Positions 43,740 to 52,736 of a stretch of DNA of 64,000 nt are shown here, one piece after another. Under the pieces are notes generated by a model. That model was given only the letters and a program-made list of their open reading frames with translations. It was not told the origin of the DNA and made no database searches. Every line of letters begins with the position of its first letter. Position 1 is the first letter of the stretch. The stretch is from an uncultured Elusimicrobiaceae bacterium. Its GTDB lineage: Bacteria > Elusimicrobiota > Elusimicrobia > Elusimicrobiales > UBA9959. The stretch lies in NCBI GenBank assembly GCA_964417965.1, contig CAYQJX010000002.1:80486-144485 (forward strand), in the 5' to 3' direction. Made by a program: the position numbers and the translations under genes.

Positions 43740-44797
43740 TCAAGCCCCGCAACTGCGAAGTCATCCTGAACTACGACTGCAACGCCAAATGCAGGTTCTG
43801 CTATCACCCGGAATCGGTGCTGAACCAGGTGGCGGAGCGCATGCCTTTCGCCAAGGCCGCCGAGGCGCTGTACAAGGGACGCCGGGAAAAATGCTGGGTG
43901 GCCTACCTGATAGGCGGCGAGATCACCATGCGCCCGGACCTGCCTAAGATTGTGCGGATAGCGCGGGACATGGGTTACCCCTATGTGCAGGTGATGAGCA
44001 ACGGTCTCAAGCTGGCCGACCCGGCTTACGCCAGGGAACTGGTGGAGGCCGGGGCCAATATTTTCCGCGTCTCGGTGCACGGCCCCGACGCCGCCACCCA
44101 CGACCGGCTGGTGGGCGTGCCGGGCGCTTTTAAAAAAGTGATGAAGGCCTTCGATAACCTCACGCGCCTTGGCGCCGAGCTCTCCGTCAACCACGCGCTC
44201 AACAAACAGAACTATAAGAAATTGAAGCCCCTGCTGGAGATCATCAGCGGGCGCTTCGGTATAGAGGATTTCAACGTGATCTTCCCGCATTACAACGGCA
44301 TGATGGCCGCCCGCGCTGCCGAGCTGAAGGTGAGCGTGATGCAGGCCGTGCCCTATGTGCGCGAGGCGCTGGCCTATCTTAAAGACTCCGGCGCGGAGAT
44401 CGAGGACACGGTGCTGGTGAACTTTACGCCCTGCAATCTCCCGGAGGCCGTGCACCTGATGGCCGAATGGGAGCGCCCCGCCGGCACCAGGGACGAGCCG
44501 CTGTTCCATATCGACGGCCGCGAAGACCGCATCCACGGCCTCAAGGAGCGCCTCTGCCTCAAGAACAAGGGCTGCGCTGCCTGCGTCTACAACAAGCGCT
44601 GCATGGGCTTTGAGAAATGGTATTCGGACCTCTTCGGCGCCCGCGAGTTCCGCCCCGTAAAGAAACCGGCCGAACCTTTCCCGCTGGTGCCTTCCCACAA
44701 CAGGTTGAAAAGGGCTCAGGCTTTATTGAAAGGGAAACTCGCCGGCGACGCGGGGGCCGGGTTAGCAAAACCGTCCCGGAGGCCGAGGCTTGCGTAA
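43736..44797 (+). CDS. Small radical SAM enzyme, HxsC-like paralog 2 of 7
   Basis: CNAKCRFC, GGEITMRPD, SVHGPDAATHDRLVGVPGAF, CAACVYNKRCMGFEKWYSDLFGAREFRPVKK. The last ~15 codons and the stop are supplied by repeat copy C. Confidence 0.8.
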   Translation: MIKPRNCEVILNYDCNAKCRFCYHPESVLNQVAERMPFAKAAEALYKGRREKCWVAYLIGGEITMRPDLPKIVRIARDMGYPYVQVMSNGLKLADPAYARELVEAGANIFRVSVHGPDAATHDRLVGVPGAFKKVMKAFDNLTRLGAELSVNHALNKQNYKKLKPLLEIISGRFGIEDFNVIFPHYNGMMAARAAELKVSVMQAVPYVREALAYLKDSGAEIEDTVLVNFTPCNLPEAVHLMAEWERPAGTRDEPLFHIDGREDRIHGLKERLCLKNKGCAACVYNKRCMGFEKWYSDLFGAREFRPVKKPAEPFPLVPSHNRLKRAQALLKGKLAGDAGAGLAKPSRRPRLA

Positions 44798-44866
44798 GCG
44801 CCGAGGCCGAGGGACGAGCGGCGGGCACGGTGTGTCCCGACCGCGTGTTTTGCGTTCCGGCCCCCG
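44751..44866 (+). repeat. Structured repeat family, copy C (116 nt)
   Basis: Closing stem cgggggccgg (44751-44760) / ccggcccccg (44857-44866). gttagcaaaac/gttttgcgttc and the cores gcttgcgtaagcgc and gggcacggtgtg align to the reverse complement of copy A. The stem differences are compensatory. Confidence 0.75.
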
Positions 44867-44897
44867 TGGCGCCAGGCAGACGGTTAGAGATTTATCA

Positions 44898-45980
44898 ATG
44901 AAGTTTAACAAGGAAATACTGAAGTTCAAGATAGCCGTCACTTCGGGCTGCTGCCTGAGGTGCACGCATTGCTTTATAGACAAGAGCCGCACCGAGACCA
45001 TCCCCGCTCCCGCCGCGCTGAAAGCCGTGGAGACCTTCCTGCGCTCCCCCGGCAAGACCAAGACCCTGGAAATTTACGGCGGCGAGCCGCTGATGGAATT
45101 CGAGCTGGTAAAGAAGATCGTAACCGCCGCCCGCGCGCTCGCGAAAAAACTCGGTAAGACGCTCGCCGTCTCCGTGGCCAGCAACGGCGTGCTCGCCGGC
45201 GCCGAGCAGCTGGACTGGCTGGCCCCCCGCGGCGTCCGCTTCGCCGTCAGCTTCTCCGGCAGCGGCCGCAGCCACGACCTGTCGCGCAAATTTGTTTCCG
45301 GCAAAGGCTCGCACGCCGCAGTAGAAAAGAAAATACCGCTCTTCCTCTCCAAGCTGGGAGAGGATCTCCACGTCATACTCTGCGTGCATCCGCGGCGCGC
45401 CGCGGCCGCGTACCAGGATTTCCTGCGCCTGGCCGCGGACGGCTTCCGCAATATCGGCATAGAATGTGTGCACGGCTTCCCCTGGCGGGCCGCCGACTAT
45501 AAAGCTTTCGGGGCAGCCATGAAGAAGATAACCGCCTATACCCTGGCGCATGCGGGGGACAAGTCCCCCGTGGTGCTGGAGCCGCTGCTGGAATTCCTCA
45601 GGGACAAAGAATTCAAAAATAGCTTCTGCCCTTTTCTGCGCGACCTGGAGCTGTTCCCCGACGGCACCCTCTCTTTCTATCCTTACCCTTTCCTGCGCAC
45701 TCCCGCGGAGCGCAAGGCCGCGGCCATCGGCACGGCTGAAGGGTGGGTGGCTGAAAAATATGTTTCCTGCGCCCCGGCCGCCGGTTCGCGCCGCTGCCTG
45801 GCCTGCGCCCGCTCCTATTACCGCCTGCCCGGCCTGGCCGACGGCAGCCGCGCCCACGCCCTGCGCACGGAAGTCTGCCGCGCCGCCGCGGAGGAGCTGG
45901 TGCGCAGGTCCGCCGCCGAGCCAGGCCTGAAAGCCTACCTGAAGCGGCTGATAAAACTTTTCAAGAAGGGTTACATCTGA
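44898..45980 (+). CDS. Radical SAM enzyme, AslB-like (paralog 2 of 3)
   Basis: The start at 44898 gives MKFNKEILKFKIAVTSGCCLRCTHC. Also YGGEPLMEF. The C-terminal Cys are CAPAAGSRRCLAC. The upstream part of the track ORF is encoded by the repeat. Confidence 0.75.
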   Translation: MKFNKEILKFKIAVTSGCCLRCTHCFIDKSRTETIPAPAALKAVETFLRSPGKTKTLEIYGGEPLMEFELVKKIVTAARALAKKLGKTLAVSVASNGVLAGAEQLDWLAPRGVRFAVSFSGSGRSHDLSRKFVSGKGSHAAVEKKIPLFLSKLGEDLHVILCVHPRRAAAAYQDFLRLAADGFRNIGIECVHGFPWRAADYKAFGAAMKKITAYTLAHAGDKSPVVLEPLLEFLRDKEFKNSFCPFLRDLELFPDGTLSFYPYPFLRTPAERKAAAIGTAEGWVAEKYVSCAPAAGSRRCLACARSYYRLPGLADGSRAHALRTEVCRAAAEELVRRSAAEPGLKAYLKRLIKLFKKGYI

Positions 45981-47371
45981 TGGCGAAGAGGGACGACCGC
46001 CCCATGGACTTCAACTTCGCCCGCCGCGGCGGAGGCAGGCTGCTGTCCAACGACTTTTCCATGACCGCGGAGCTGACAGCCGCGGGGTTGGCCCGTTTCG
46101 CCAGCGGCGCGGCCCTGCCGCCCGCCATGGATAAAGCGCTGGAGGCCAAAGGTTTCTTCGCCGGACGGCTGGATTTCGCCAGGCTGCTGCCGCGGCATTT
46201 CGCGGCCCTGCTGGCAGATTGGAAAGGCCCTAAAGTGCATATCGTAGCCGTGACCGCCGCCTGCGACCACGCCTGCCTTTATTGCGGCGCCTCGTCCGGC
46301 TCCGGCGGGCGTCACATGAGCCGCGCGACGGCTAAAAAAACGCTGGATTTCATCTTCAGCACCGGCGCGCCGGAGCTGGTTATAGAGTTCCAGGGCGGTG
46401 AACCCCTCCGCAATTTTGAAGTGGTGAAGTATCTGGTCGGGGAGGCCAAACGCCTCGCGGCGCGGCAGGGCCGCGGCCTGCATTTCTCCATGGTCTCCAA
46501 CCTGGCCGGGCTTACTTCGGAGAAGCTGGCTTTTCTTGCCGCTAACGGGGTTACGCTCTGCACCTCTCTCGACGGCCCCGCGGCTATCCATGACCGCGGC
46601 CGCAAATATTCCGGCGGTTCCAGCCACGCCGCCGCCGTCCGCGGTATAGCCCTGGTGCAGAAACTCGCGGCGGCCGGGGAGCTGGAATCTCTTAACGCCA
46701 TCTGCACCATCACTAAGTATTCCCTGGCGCAGCCGAAGGCAATAGTGGACGAATTTTTAAAGCGCGGCGTAAAGCGCGTGCAGCTGGGCCCGCTGGAGCC
46801 CATTGGCCGCGCCGCCCGCGCGGGCCTGGGCGTGACCCCGGAAGAATTCCTCGCTTTCTACGCCGAAGCCCTGGAGTACATGCTGCGCCTGAACCGGAAG
46901 GGCGTGGAGGTGTACGAGAAGGGCGCGCTGATGTTCCTGGGTCAGATGCTCGGCGGCGAACGCCCGCGCTACCAGAACCTGGACCTGCTCTACCGGCTGG
47001 CCTACGGGCCGGACGGTTCCGTCTACGGCTCCGACGAGGCGCGCCTGCTGGCCGCCGGCGGCAACGAATTTTTCAGGCTGGGGTCCGTGGCGGACTCTTT
47101 CTGCTCGCTGGCGTCCTCCCCGCTGGGCCGCACGCTGATCCTTTCCTGTTTTCCGCGGCTGACGCAGCCGCGCTGCGCGCGCTGTCCGCACAGCGCCTGG
47201 TGCCGGGTGTCCCCGGTGTATAACCACGCGGCGCAGGGCGGTTTCTGGGGCGACATGATGACCAACGGCCGCTGCCGGGTCTTCATGGGCGTCTCGGACC
47301 TGCTGCTGGAGAAACTGAAGACCCCGGCGTCGCGGAAAATACTGGAAGGCTGGGCGGAGAAATATCAATGA
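45980..47371 (+). CDS. hxsB: Radical SAM maturase, HxsB-like (paralog 2, degenerate SPASM)
   Basis: CDHACLYC and FQGGEPLRNF. In the C-terminal region several SPASM Cys present in paralogs 1 and 3 are replaced (NLDLLY for CPCG, GSDEA for TCDEG, CRVSP for CGVCP). Confidence 0.75.
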   Translation: MAKRDDRPMDFNFARRGGGRLLSNDFSMTAELTAAGLARFASGAALPPAMDKALEAKGFFAGRLDFARLLPRHFAALLADWKGPKVHIVAVTAACDHACLYCGASSGSGGRHMSRATAKKTLDFIFSTGAPELVIEFQGGEPLRNFEVVKYLVGEAKRLAARQGRGLHFSMVSNLAGLTSEKLAFLAANGVTLCTSLDGPAAIHDRGRKYSGGSSHAAAVRGIALVQKLAAAGELESLNAICTITKYSLAQPKAIVDEFLKRGVKRVQLGPLEPIGRAARAGLGVTPEEFLAFYAEALEYMLRLNRKGVEVYEKGALMFLGQMLGGERPRYQNLDLLYRLAYGPDGSVYGSDEARLLAAGGNEFFRLGSVADSFCSLASSPLGRTLILSCFPRLTQPRCARCPHSAWCRVSPVYNHAAQGGFWGDMMTNGRCRVFMGVSDLLLEKLKTPASRKILEGWAEKYQ

Positions 47372-49530
47372 AGGCCGCTATGGACATAGAAAGGCTGCTG
47401 GCCTGCGCCGACAGGGACTCCCTGCCGGAGGCTCCGCCCAACTACCCGCCCATGGCGGCCTGGCCGGAGCTGCGCGGCACGGAGAAAATAATTTCAGCCT
47501 GGCGGCGTTCCCTCAAATCCGACGGCGGCCGCAGGCCCGTGGTCTACGTGCACGTGCCTTTCTGCGAAACCCTCTGCCGCTTCTGCGGCTTCTATAAACT
47601 CCCGGCCGCGCCCGGCGCGGTAGACCGCTTCCTGGACGCGCTGGAGAAAGAAATAAAGCTCCTGGGGCCGCTCTTCAAGGGCCGTCCGCTCAGGTTCCTG
47701 TGCATAGGCGGCGGCACGCCCAGCCTGCTGACCATAGCGCAGCTGGACCGGATGTTTAAAATGCTGCGGGCTTATTTTAAAGTCACGCCCAAGACCCGCA
47801 TAGCCTTCGAGGCCAGCCCGAATACGCTGGACCCGGAGAAGCTGGCCTTCCTGAAGTCCGCCGGCGTGGAATGGCTGGCCATCGGCGTGCAGAGCTTCGA
47901 CCCCGCCCTGCTTAAAGGCCTCAACCGCCGCCAGGACCCGGCGCAGACGGTGGCGGTTATAAAGCAGGCCAAGGCCGCCGGCATAAAGCAGGTGGAGGTG
48001 GACCTGATGACCGGCCTGCCGGGCCAGACCGGTGAAAGTTTTCTGCGGGACGTCCGCACCGCGGCCGGGCTGGACGTGGAACGCGTCTATCTTTTCGATT
48101 TCCAGCCGCGCTGCGGCACCTCCGCCGGCGAGCAGGCCGGCTCGCTCAAGCGCGGCGCGCTGGAGGACGCCAGGGCCTGGCGCCGCCGGGGCATGGATAT
48201 TTTAGTGTCGAAGGGTTATAAAATGCGCTGTGGGCACTGGGTTTACAAGCGCAAGGGCGACTGGTGGCCCTACAGCTACGACCAGGGCGAGGAAGGGTCC
48301 TACTCGGTGCTCGGCCTGGGGCCCAGCGCCGTGTCCTACGCCATGAACGCCGCCCGCTACCGCAGCGTTTCCGACGAGAAGGTTTATGAGAGGACGCTGG
48401 CAGGCGGCGCGCTGCCGCCCGCCGCGGGCTGCCTGCTGAGCCAGCGCGACGAGATGGTGAACTTCGTGCTGCTCGACGCCCTGCACCGCGGGCAAGTCGA
48501 TAAGAGAAATTTCCGCCGCCGTTTCGGCCGTGGCCTGGCCGAGGTCTTTGGCGGCGAGATAAAGGCCGCCAAGGCGGCCGGTCTGGCCGCCGACTCCGGC
48601 CGGGCGCTGCTGGTGACGGACAGGGAGCGGGCCACGGTGGAGCTGCGCGGCGCGCTGTACTCCCCGGAGGTGCTGGAGCGCCTGTCGAAAATTTACGGCC
48701 GCGGGAACGCTCCCGGGCATGAGCGGCCCGCGGCCGCACCCCCGGCCTTCAACCGGCAGGCGGAGCACACTCATGAATGCCGCCTGCAGGCAGGGGCGCT
48801 GGAGGCGCTGCTTTACGGCGCGTCCCCCGGGCCGGCCAGGGCGGGCAGGGACCTGGCCCTGGAGCTGCTGCGGGCCGCACGGGCGGGGAGGAAAGAAGCC
48901 CTGCTGCTCTCGGGCGCGGCTTTGCCCGGCCTGGCCGAGATAGAGGCGGCGCGCTACGCGGCCGGAGCCGGTTTTAAAAATATTTCGCTGTTCTCCCGCC
49001 TGCCGGCCGGGGCTGATTTCTTCAGGAACCTGAAGGCCGCCGGGGTTTCCGGTTTTCTCTTCAGGTTCGGAGCTGTTGTGTCCAGGGAAGAGCTGGCCGC
49101 CGTGAAGGCCGCCGCCTCCTCCGGGCTGGAGGCCAGTGGCGTCTACGTGCCGGGCTCGGCGGCCTCCCGGGGCGCTCCCGCAGCCATGAAAAAACTTTCT
49201 GCGGCCGGAGCCGCCGGGTTTATAGTCTCCTTTCCGGAGGGCAAGGAGAATATAACCGCCGATTACGCGGCTCTCGTGCCGCTGGCGCGCGCCGCTGGCC
49301 GGCTGGGCGCGAGCTTCCTCCGGGCCCCGCTCTGCGTGCTGTACCCGGACTGGGAGCGCTCGCTGGACTGCCTCAGGGGCGGCCAGGGCGATGCCCGCGA
49401 ATCCGGCGGCAGCGCCGGGGCGGTAAAGCCCAAGCTCTGCCTGCAGTGCCGGTTCCTGCTCAAATGCCCCGGCCCGGCGCTCGGCTACGCCGAGAAATTC
49501 GGTTTCAGGGGACTTAAGACCATCAAATGA
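47368..49530 (+). CDS. Fusion of a HemN-like radical SAM domain with a degenerate HxsC-like domain lacking CxxxCxxC
   Basis: The N-terminal half has VYVHVPFCETLCRFCGFYK and LCIGGGTPSLLT. The C-terminal half aligns to the HxsC-like paralogs (LLLSGAALPGLAEIEAARYAAGAGFKNISLFSRLPAG...) and ends CLQCRFLLKCPGPALGYAEKFGFRGLKTIK. Confidence 0.75.
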   Translation: MKAAMDIERLLACADRDSLPEAPPNYPPMAAWPELRGTEKIISAWRRSLKSDGGRRPVVYVHVPFCETLCRFCGFYKLPAAPGAVDRFLDALEKEIKLLGPLFKGRPLRFLCIGGGTPSLLTIAQLDRMFKMLRAYFKVTPKTRIAFEASPNTLDPEKLAFLKSAGVEWLAIGVQSFDPALLKGLNRRQDPAQTVAVIKQAKAAGIKQVEVDLMTGLPGQTGESFLRDVRTAAGLDVERVYLFDFQPRCGTSAGEQAGSLKRGALEDARAWRRRGMDILVSKGYKMRCGHWVYKRKGDWWPYSYDQGEEGSYSVLGLGPSAVSYAMNAARYRSVSDEKVYERTLAGGALPPAAGCLLSQRDEMVNFVLLDALHRGQVDKRNFRRRFGRGLAEVFGGEIKAAKAAGLAADSGRALLVTDRERATVELRGALYSPEVLERLSKIYGRGNAPGHERPAAAPPAFNRQAEHTHECRLQAGALEALLYGASPGPARAGRDLALELLRAARAGRKEALLLSGAALPGLAEIEAARYAAGAGFKNISLFSRLPAGADFFRNLKAAGVSGFLFRFGAVVSREELAAVKAAASSGLEASGVYVPGSAASRGAPAAMKKLSAAGAAGFIVSFPEGKENITADYAALVPLARAAGRLGASFLRAPLCVLYPDWERSLDCLRGGQGDARESGGSAGAVKPKLCLQCRFLLKCPGPALGYAEKFGFRGLKTIK

Positions 49531-50423
49531 AACGCATCGACATAAAGATCGGCTTCGGCTGCAACAACATGTGCGATTTCTGCGCGCAGGGCTCCAAGCG
49601 TTATAAGGGCCCGGGCAAAAGCCTGGCCGAGATAAAGGCCGCGCTGGCGCGCGCCCGCAAGACCGGCGTGAACGCCGTGGTGTTCACCGGCGGCGAACCC
49701 ACCATCCACCCGGACCTGCTCGCCGCGGTAAAGGCCGCCAGGAAGATGGGCTACGACACCGTGCAGGTGCAGACCAACGGCCGCCGCTTCGCCTATTACG
49801 ATTATTGCCTGGCGCTCAAGAAGGCCGGCGTCACCGAGATGGGCCCTTCGCTGCACGGCTCCACGGCCGCCATCCACGAGGGCCTGACGCACGCCGAGGG
49901 CAGCTTCAAAGAAGGGGTGCAGGGCATCCTCAACTGCAAGAAGCTCGGCATGTACGTGCTGACCAATTCCGTGATCACCTCCCGCAACTACAAGGACCTG
50001 CCGGCCCTGGCCAAGCTGCTGGCGTACCTGAAGGTGGACCAGTTCCAGTTCGCCTTCGTGCACCTGGTCGGTTCCGCCTGGGAGAACCGCAAGTGGCTGA
50101 CGCCCAAAATGACGGCCGCGATGCCGTATATAAAAAAAGCGCTCGACGTGGGCCGCGCGGCCGGCCTGCACTGTTACACCGAAGCGATACCTTACTGCCT
50201 GATGAAAGGCTACGAGGACTGCGTAGCCGAACAGGTGATCCCCGAAGGCCCGGTGGCCGACGCGGACCTGTACATCGAGAGCTACGGCGACTACCGCCGC
50301 GGCGAGGGCAAAGTCAAAAGGGCCGAGTGCAAAAAGTGCGGCTGGTTCAAAGCCTGCGAGGGCCCCTGGCGCGAATACCCCGAGCTTTACGGCTGGAGCG
50401 AATTTAAACCGGTGAAGAAATGA
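49527..50423 (+). CDS. Small radical SAM enzyme, HxsC-like paralog 3 of 7
   Basis: CNNMCDFC, GGEPTIHPD, SLHGSTAAIHEGLTHAEGSF, CKKCGWFKACEGPWREYPELYGWSEFKPVKK. Confidence 0.85.
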   Translation: MKRIDIKIGFGCNNMCDFCAQGSKRYKGPGKSLAEIKAALARARKTGVNAVVFTGGEPTIHPDLLAAVKAARKMGYDTVQVQTNGRRFAYYDYCLALKKAGVTEMGPSLHGSTAAIHEGLTHAEGSFKEGVQGILNCKKLGMYVLTNSVITSRNYKDLPALAKLLAYLKVDQFQFAFVHLVGSAWENRKWLTPKMTAAMPYIKKALDVGRAAGLHCYTEAIPYCLMKGYEDCVAEQVIPEGPVADADLYIESYGDYRRGEGKVKRAECKKCGWFKACEGPWREYPELYGWSEFKPVKK

Positions 50424-51841
50424 AAAAGCCTAACCCCTGCGAACCTTTCGACCTGCGCTTCGAGCGCGACGGCGCCGGCTATATCGTCTCCGGCCCGGCC
50501 GGCGCCGCGCTGAGGCTCACCGCGGCGGAATTCTCCGCCTTCAAAGCGGGTAAGACCAGGGACGGATCGCCCCTGTATAAAAAGCTGGCGGCCGCCGGGC
50601 TGCTGCGCGGCCGGCTGGACCTGGACGGCGTGACCGCCGGCCTGGCCAAACTTTCCGCCGGAGTTTTCGCCGGCCCGGGCCTGCATATCCTGGTGCTGAC
50701 GCTCAAGTGCAACCACGCCTGCGTGTACTGCCGCGCCACCGCCGGCGGTACCGGCGACACGGCCATGAGCCGGAGCACCGCGCTGCGCTCGGTCGAGACC
50801 GCTTTCCAGTCTCCCAATCCCAGGATCTCCATAGAATTCCAGGGCGGCGAAGCCCTGCTCAACTGGGAAGTGCTCAAAGCCGCCGTCGCGCACGCCAAAA
50901 AGCTTAACCTCAAGGCCGGCAAGGACTTGGCGCTTTCCGTGGTCACCAACCTCAGCCTGATGGACGAGGCCAAGGCCCGCTGGCTGGTACAAGAAGGCGT
51001 GTCGGTGTGCACCTCGCTCGACGGCCCTGCCGCCATCCATGACGCCAACCGGCGCTGGTCCGGCGGTTCTTCCCACGCCAGGGCGGTGCGCTGGCTCAAG
51101 TATTTCAAGGACGCGGCGGCCCGCGGCGGCGGCAAAGATTCGCTGCCCTCGGCGCTGATGACCACTACCCGGCTCTCGCTCGCCAATCCCCGCGCGATAG
51201 TGGACGAATACCGCGCCCTCGGCCTGGGCGGCATCTTCCTGCGCCCGCTGTCGCCTATCGGCTACGCCGCCGGCGTCTGGCCGGACATCGGCTACGCCCC
51301 CGGCGATTTCATAAAGTTCTACCGCGCCGCCATGGCGCGGGTGCTGGAGATAAACCTCTCCGGAGAGAAGTTCGTGGAGCGCAACGCGGCCCTGCTGGGA
51401 GCCAAGCTGCTGCGCGGCGAGGACCCCAACTTCCTGGACCTGCGCTCGCCCTGCGGCGGAGCTATCGGCCAGCTGGCTTACAACTACGACGGGGACGTGT
51501 ACACCTGCGACGAGGGCCGCATGCTGGCGGCCTGCGGCGACCCGTTCTTCAGGCTGGGCAGCGTGCATAAGAATTCTTTCCCCGAGCTGATGACGGCCCC
51601 GGCGGCCCGCGTCTGCGCCATGGCCTCCTGCCTGGAGAACCAGCCGTACTGCGCCCGCTGCGCCTTCAAGCCTTTCTGCGGCGTCTGCCCCGTGCACAAC
51701 TACGCCACGCAGGGCTCGCCCTGGGGGGACATCCGCGGCGGCGGCTGGTGCGAGCTGCAGAAGGGGATGTTTAAAACCGTTTTCGCCCTGCTGGAGAACA
51801 GGAAGAGCCGCAAGGTCATAGAGAGCTGGCTGGAAAAGTGA
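50420..51841 (+). CDS. hxsB: Radical SAM/SPASM maturase, HxsB-like (paralog 3)
   Basis: CNHACVYC and FQGGEALLNWEVLKAAV. Full SPASM set: SPCGG...GDVYTCDEG...CARCAFKPFCGVCPVHNY. Long identical runs with paralog 1 (GPGLHILVLTL, LNWEVLKAAV, CTSLDGPA). Confidence 0.85.
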   Translation: MKKPNPCEPFDLRFERDGAGYIVSGPAGAALRLTAAEFSAFKAGKTRDGSPLYKKLAAAGLLRGRLDLDGVTAGLAKLSAGVFAGPGLHILVLTLKCNHACVYCRATAGGTGDTAMSRSTALRSVETAFQSPNPRISIEFQGGEALLNWEVLKAAVAHAKKLNLKAGKDLALSVVTNLSLMDEAKARWLVQEGVSVCTSLDGPAAIHDANRRWSGGSSHARAVRWLKYFKDAAARGGGKDSLPSALMTTTRLSLANPRAIVDEYRALGLGGIFLRPLSPIGYAAGVWPDIGYAPGDFIKFYRAAMARVLEINLSGEKFVERNAALLGAKLLRGEDPNFLDLRSPCGGAIGQLAYNYDGDVYTCDEGRMLAACGDPFFRLGSVHKNSFPELMTAPAARVCAMASCLENQPYCARCAFKPFCGVCPVHNYATQGSPWGDIRGGGWCELQKGMFKTVFALLENRKSRKVIESWLEK

Positions 51842-51842
51842 T

Positions 51843-52736
51843 ATGCCCGATATAGCCGTCTGGAACAAATGCGACAACCGCTGCGTCATGTGTACCAACA
51901 TGACGTCTTTCGCGCTGCAGGACAGCGGCCAGTACCGGCTGAAGGCCCAGATAGAGAAAATGGAGCGCTACTTGAAAGGCCTGGGCCGGATCTACCTGAA
52001 GAACCCCGACAAGGCGGGCTACGTCAACCTGACCGGCGGGGAGCCCACCCTGCACCCGGACTTCTTCCCGCTGCTGGCCTATTTCAGGCGCCGCCTGCCC
52101 GGCCTGCCCATAACGCTGCTGTCCAACGGCCGCCGCTTCGCCGACCGCAAGTTCGCCGCCAGGTTCGCCGCCGCGGCGCGGCCGCCCTTCGGCGCGGCCA
52201 TAGCCCTGCACGGCCCGAACGCCAAAACGCACGACCCGGTGGCCGGCGTGCGCGGCGCCTTCGGCCAGACCGTGAAGGGGCTCCAGAATCTTTTCGAGCT
52301 GGCGCCGGGCCTGGCGATAGAGATACGCATAATCCTGCACAAGAAGACCATCGCCGCGCTGCCGGCTACACTGAAATTCCTGCTGGAAAAATTCCCCGAT
52401 ACTTCCCGCTACTCCGTTACGCTGATCCATTACGAGATAGAGGGCATGTCCGAGACCAACCACAGGTCGGTGGGTCTGAAGTTCGCCGCCTCCTCGAAGG
52501 TCCTGGCTAAAGCCCTGCCGCTGATAAGGCGCTTCGCCGACCTGCGTCTTTATCATTTCCCGCTCTGCCAGGTCTCGCCGGAGCTGCGCCCGCTGTGCCG
52601 CGTCACGCTGCCGCGCGAGGACAGGGTTTACCCGCCGGTCTGCTCGCGCTGCGCCGTTAAACGGAAGTGCCTGGGCCTGATGCTGGAATATTTCAAGAAG
52701 TTCGGGGCCGCCGAACTCAAGGCGATACGGAAATGA
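51843..52736 (+). CDS. Small radical SAM enzyme, HxsC-like paralog 4 of 7
   Basis: CDNRCVMC, GGEPTLHPD, ALHGPNAKTHDPVAGVRGAF, CSRCAVKRKCLGLMLEYFKKFGAAELKAIRK. Confidence 0.85.
   Translation: MPDIAVWNKCDNRCVMCTNMTSFALQDSGQYRLKAQIEKMERYLKGLGRIYLKNPDKAGYVNLTGGEPTLHPDFFPLLAYFRRRLPGLPITLLSNGRRFADRKFAARFAAAARPPFGAAIALHGPNAKTHDPVAGVRGAFGQTVKGLQNLFELAPGLAIEIRIILHKKTIAALPATLKFLLEKFPDTSRYSVTLIHYEIEGMSETNHRSVGLKFAASSKVLAKALPLIRRFADLRLYHFPLCQVSPELRPLCRVTLPREDRVYPPVCSRCAVKRKCLGLMLEYFKKFGAAELKAIRK

Noticed and set aside
44790-44897. Upstream extension of the AslB-like rSAM ORF (MRKRRGRGTSGGHGVSRPRV...).
   Set aside because: It is encoded by repeat copy C and the spacer. The ATG at 44898 gives an N-terminus comparable to the two paralogs.
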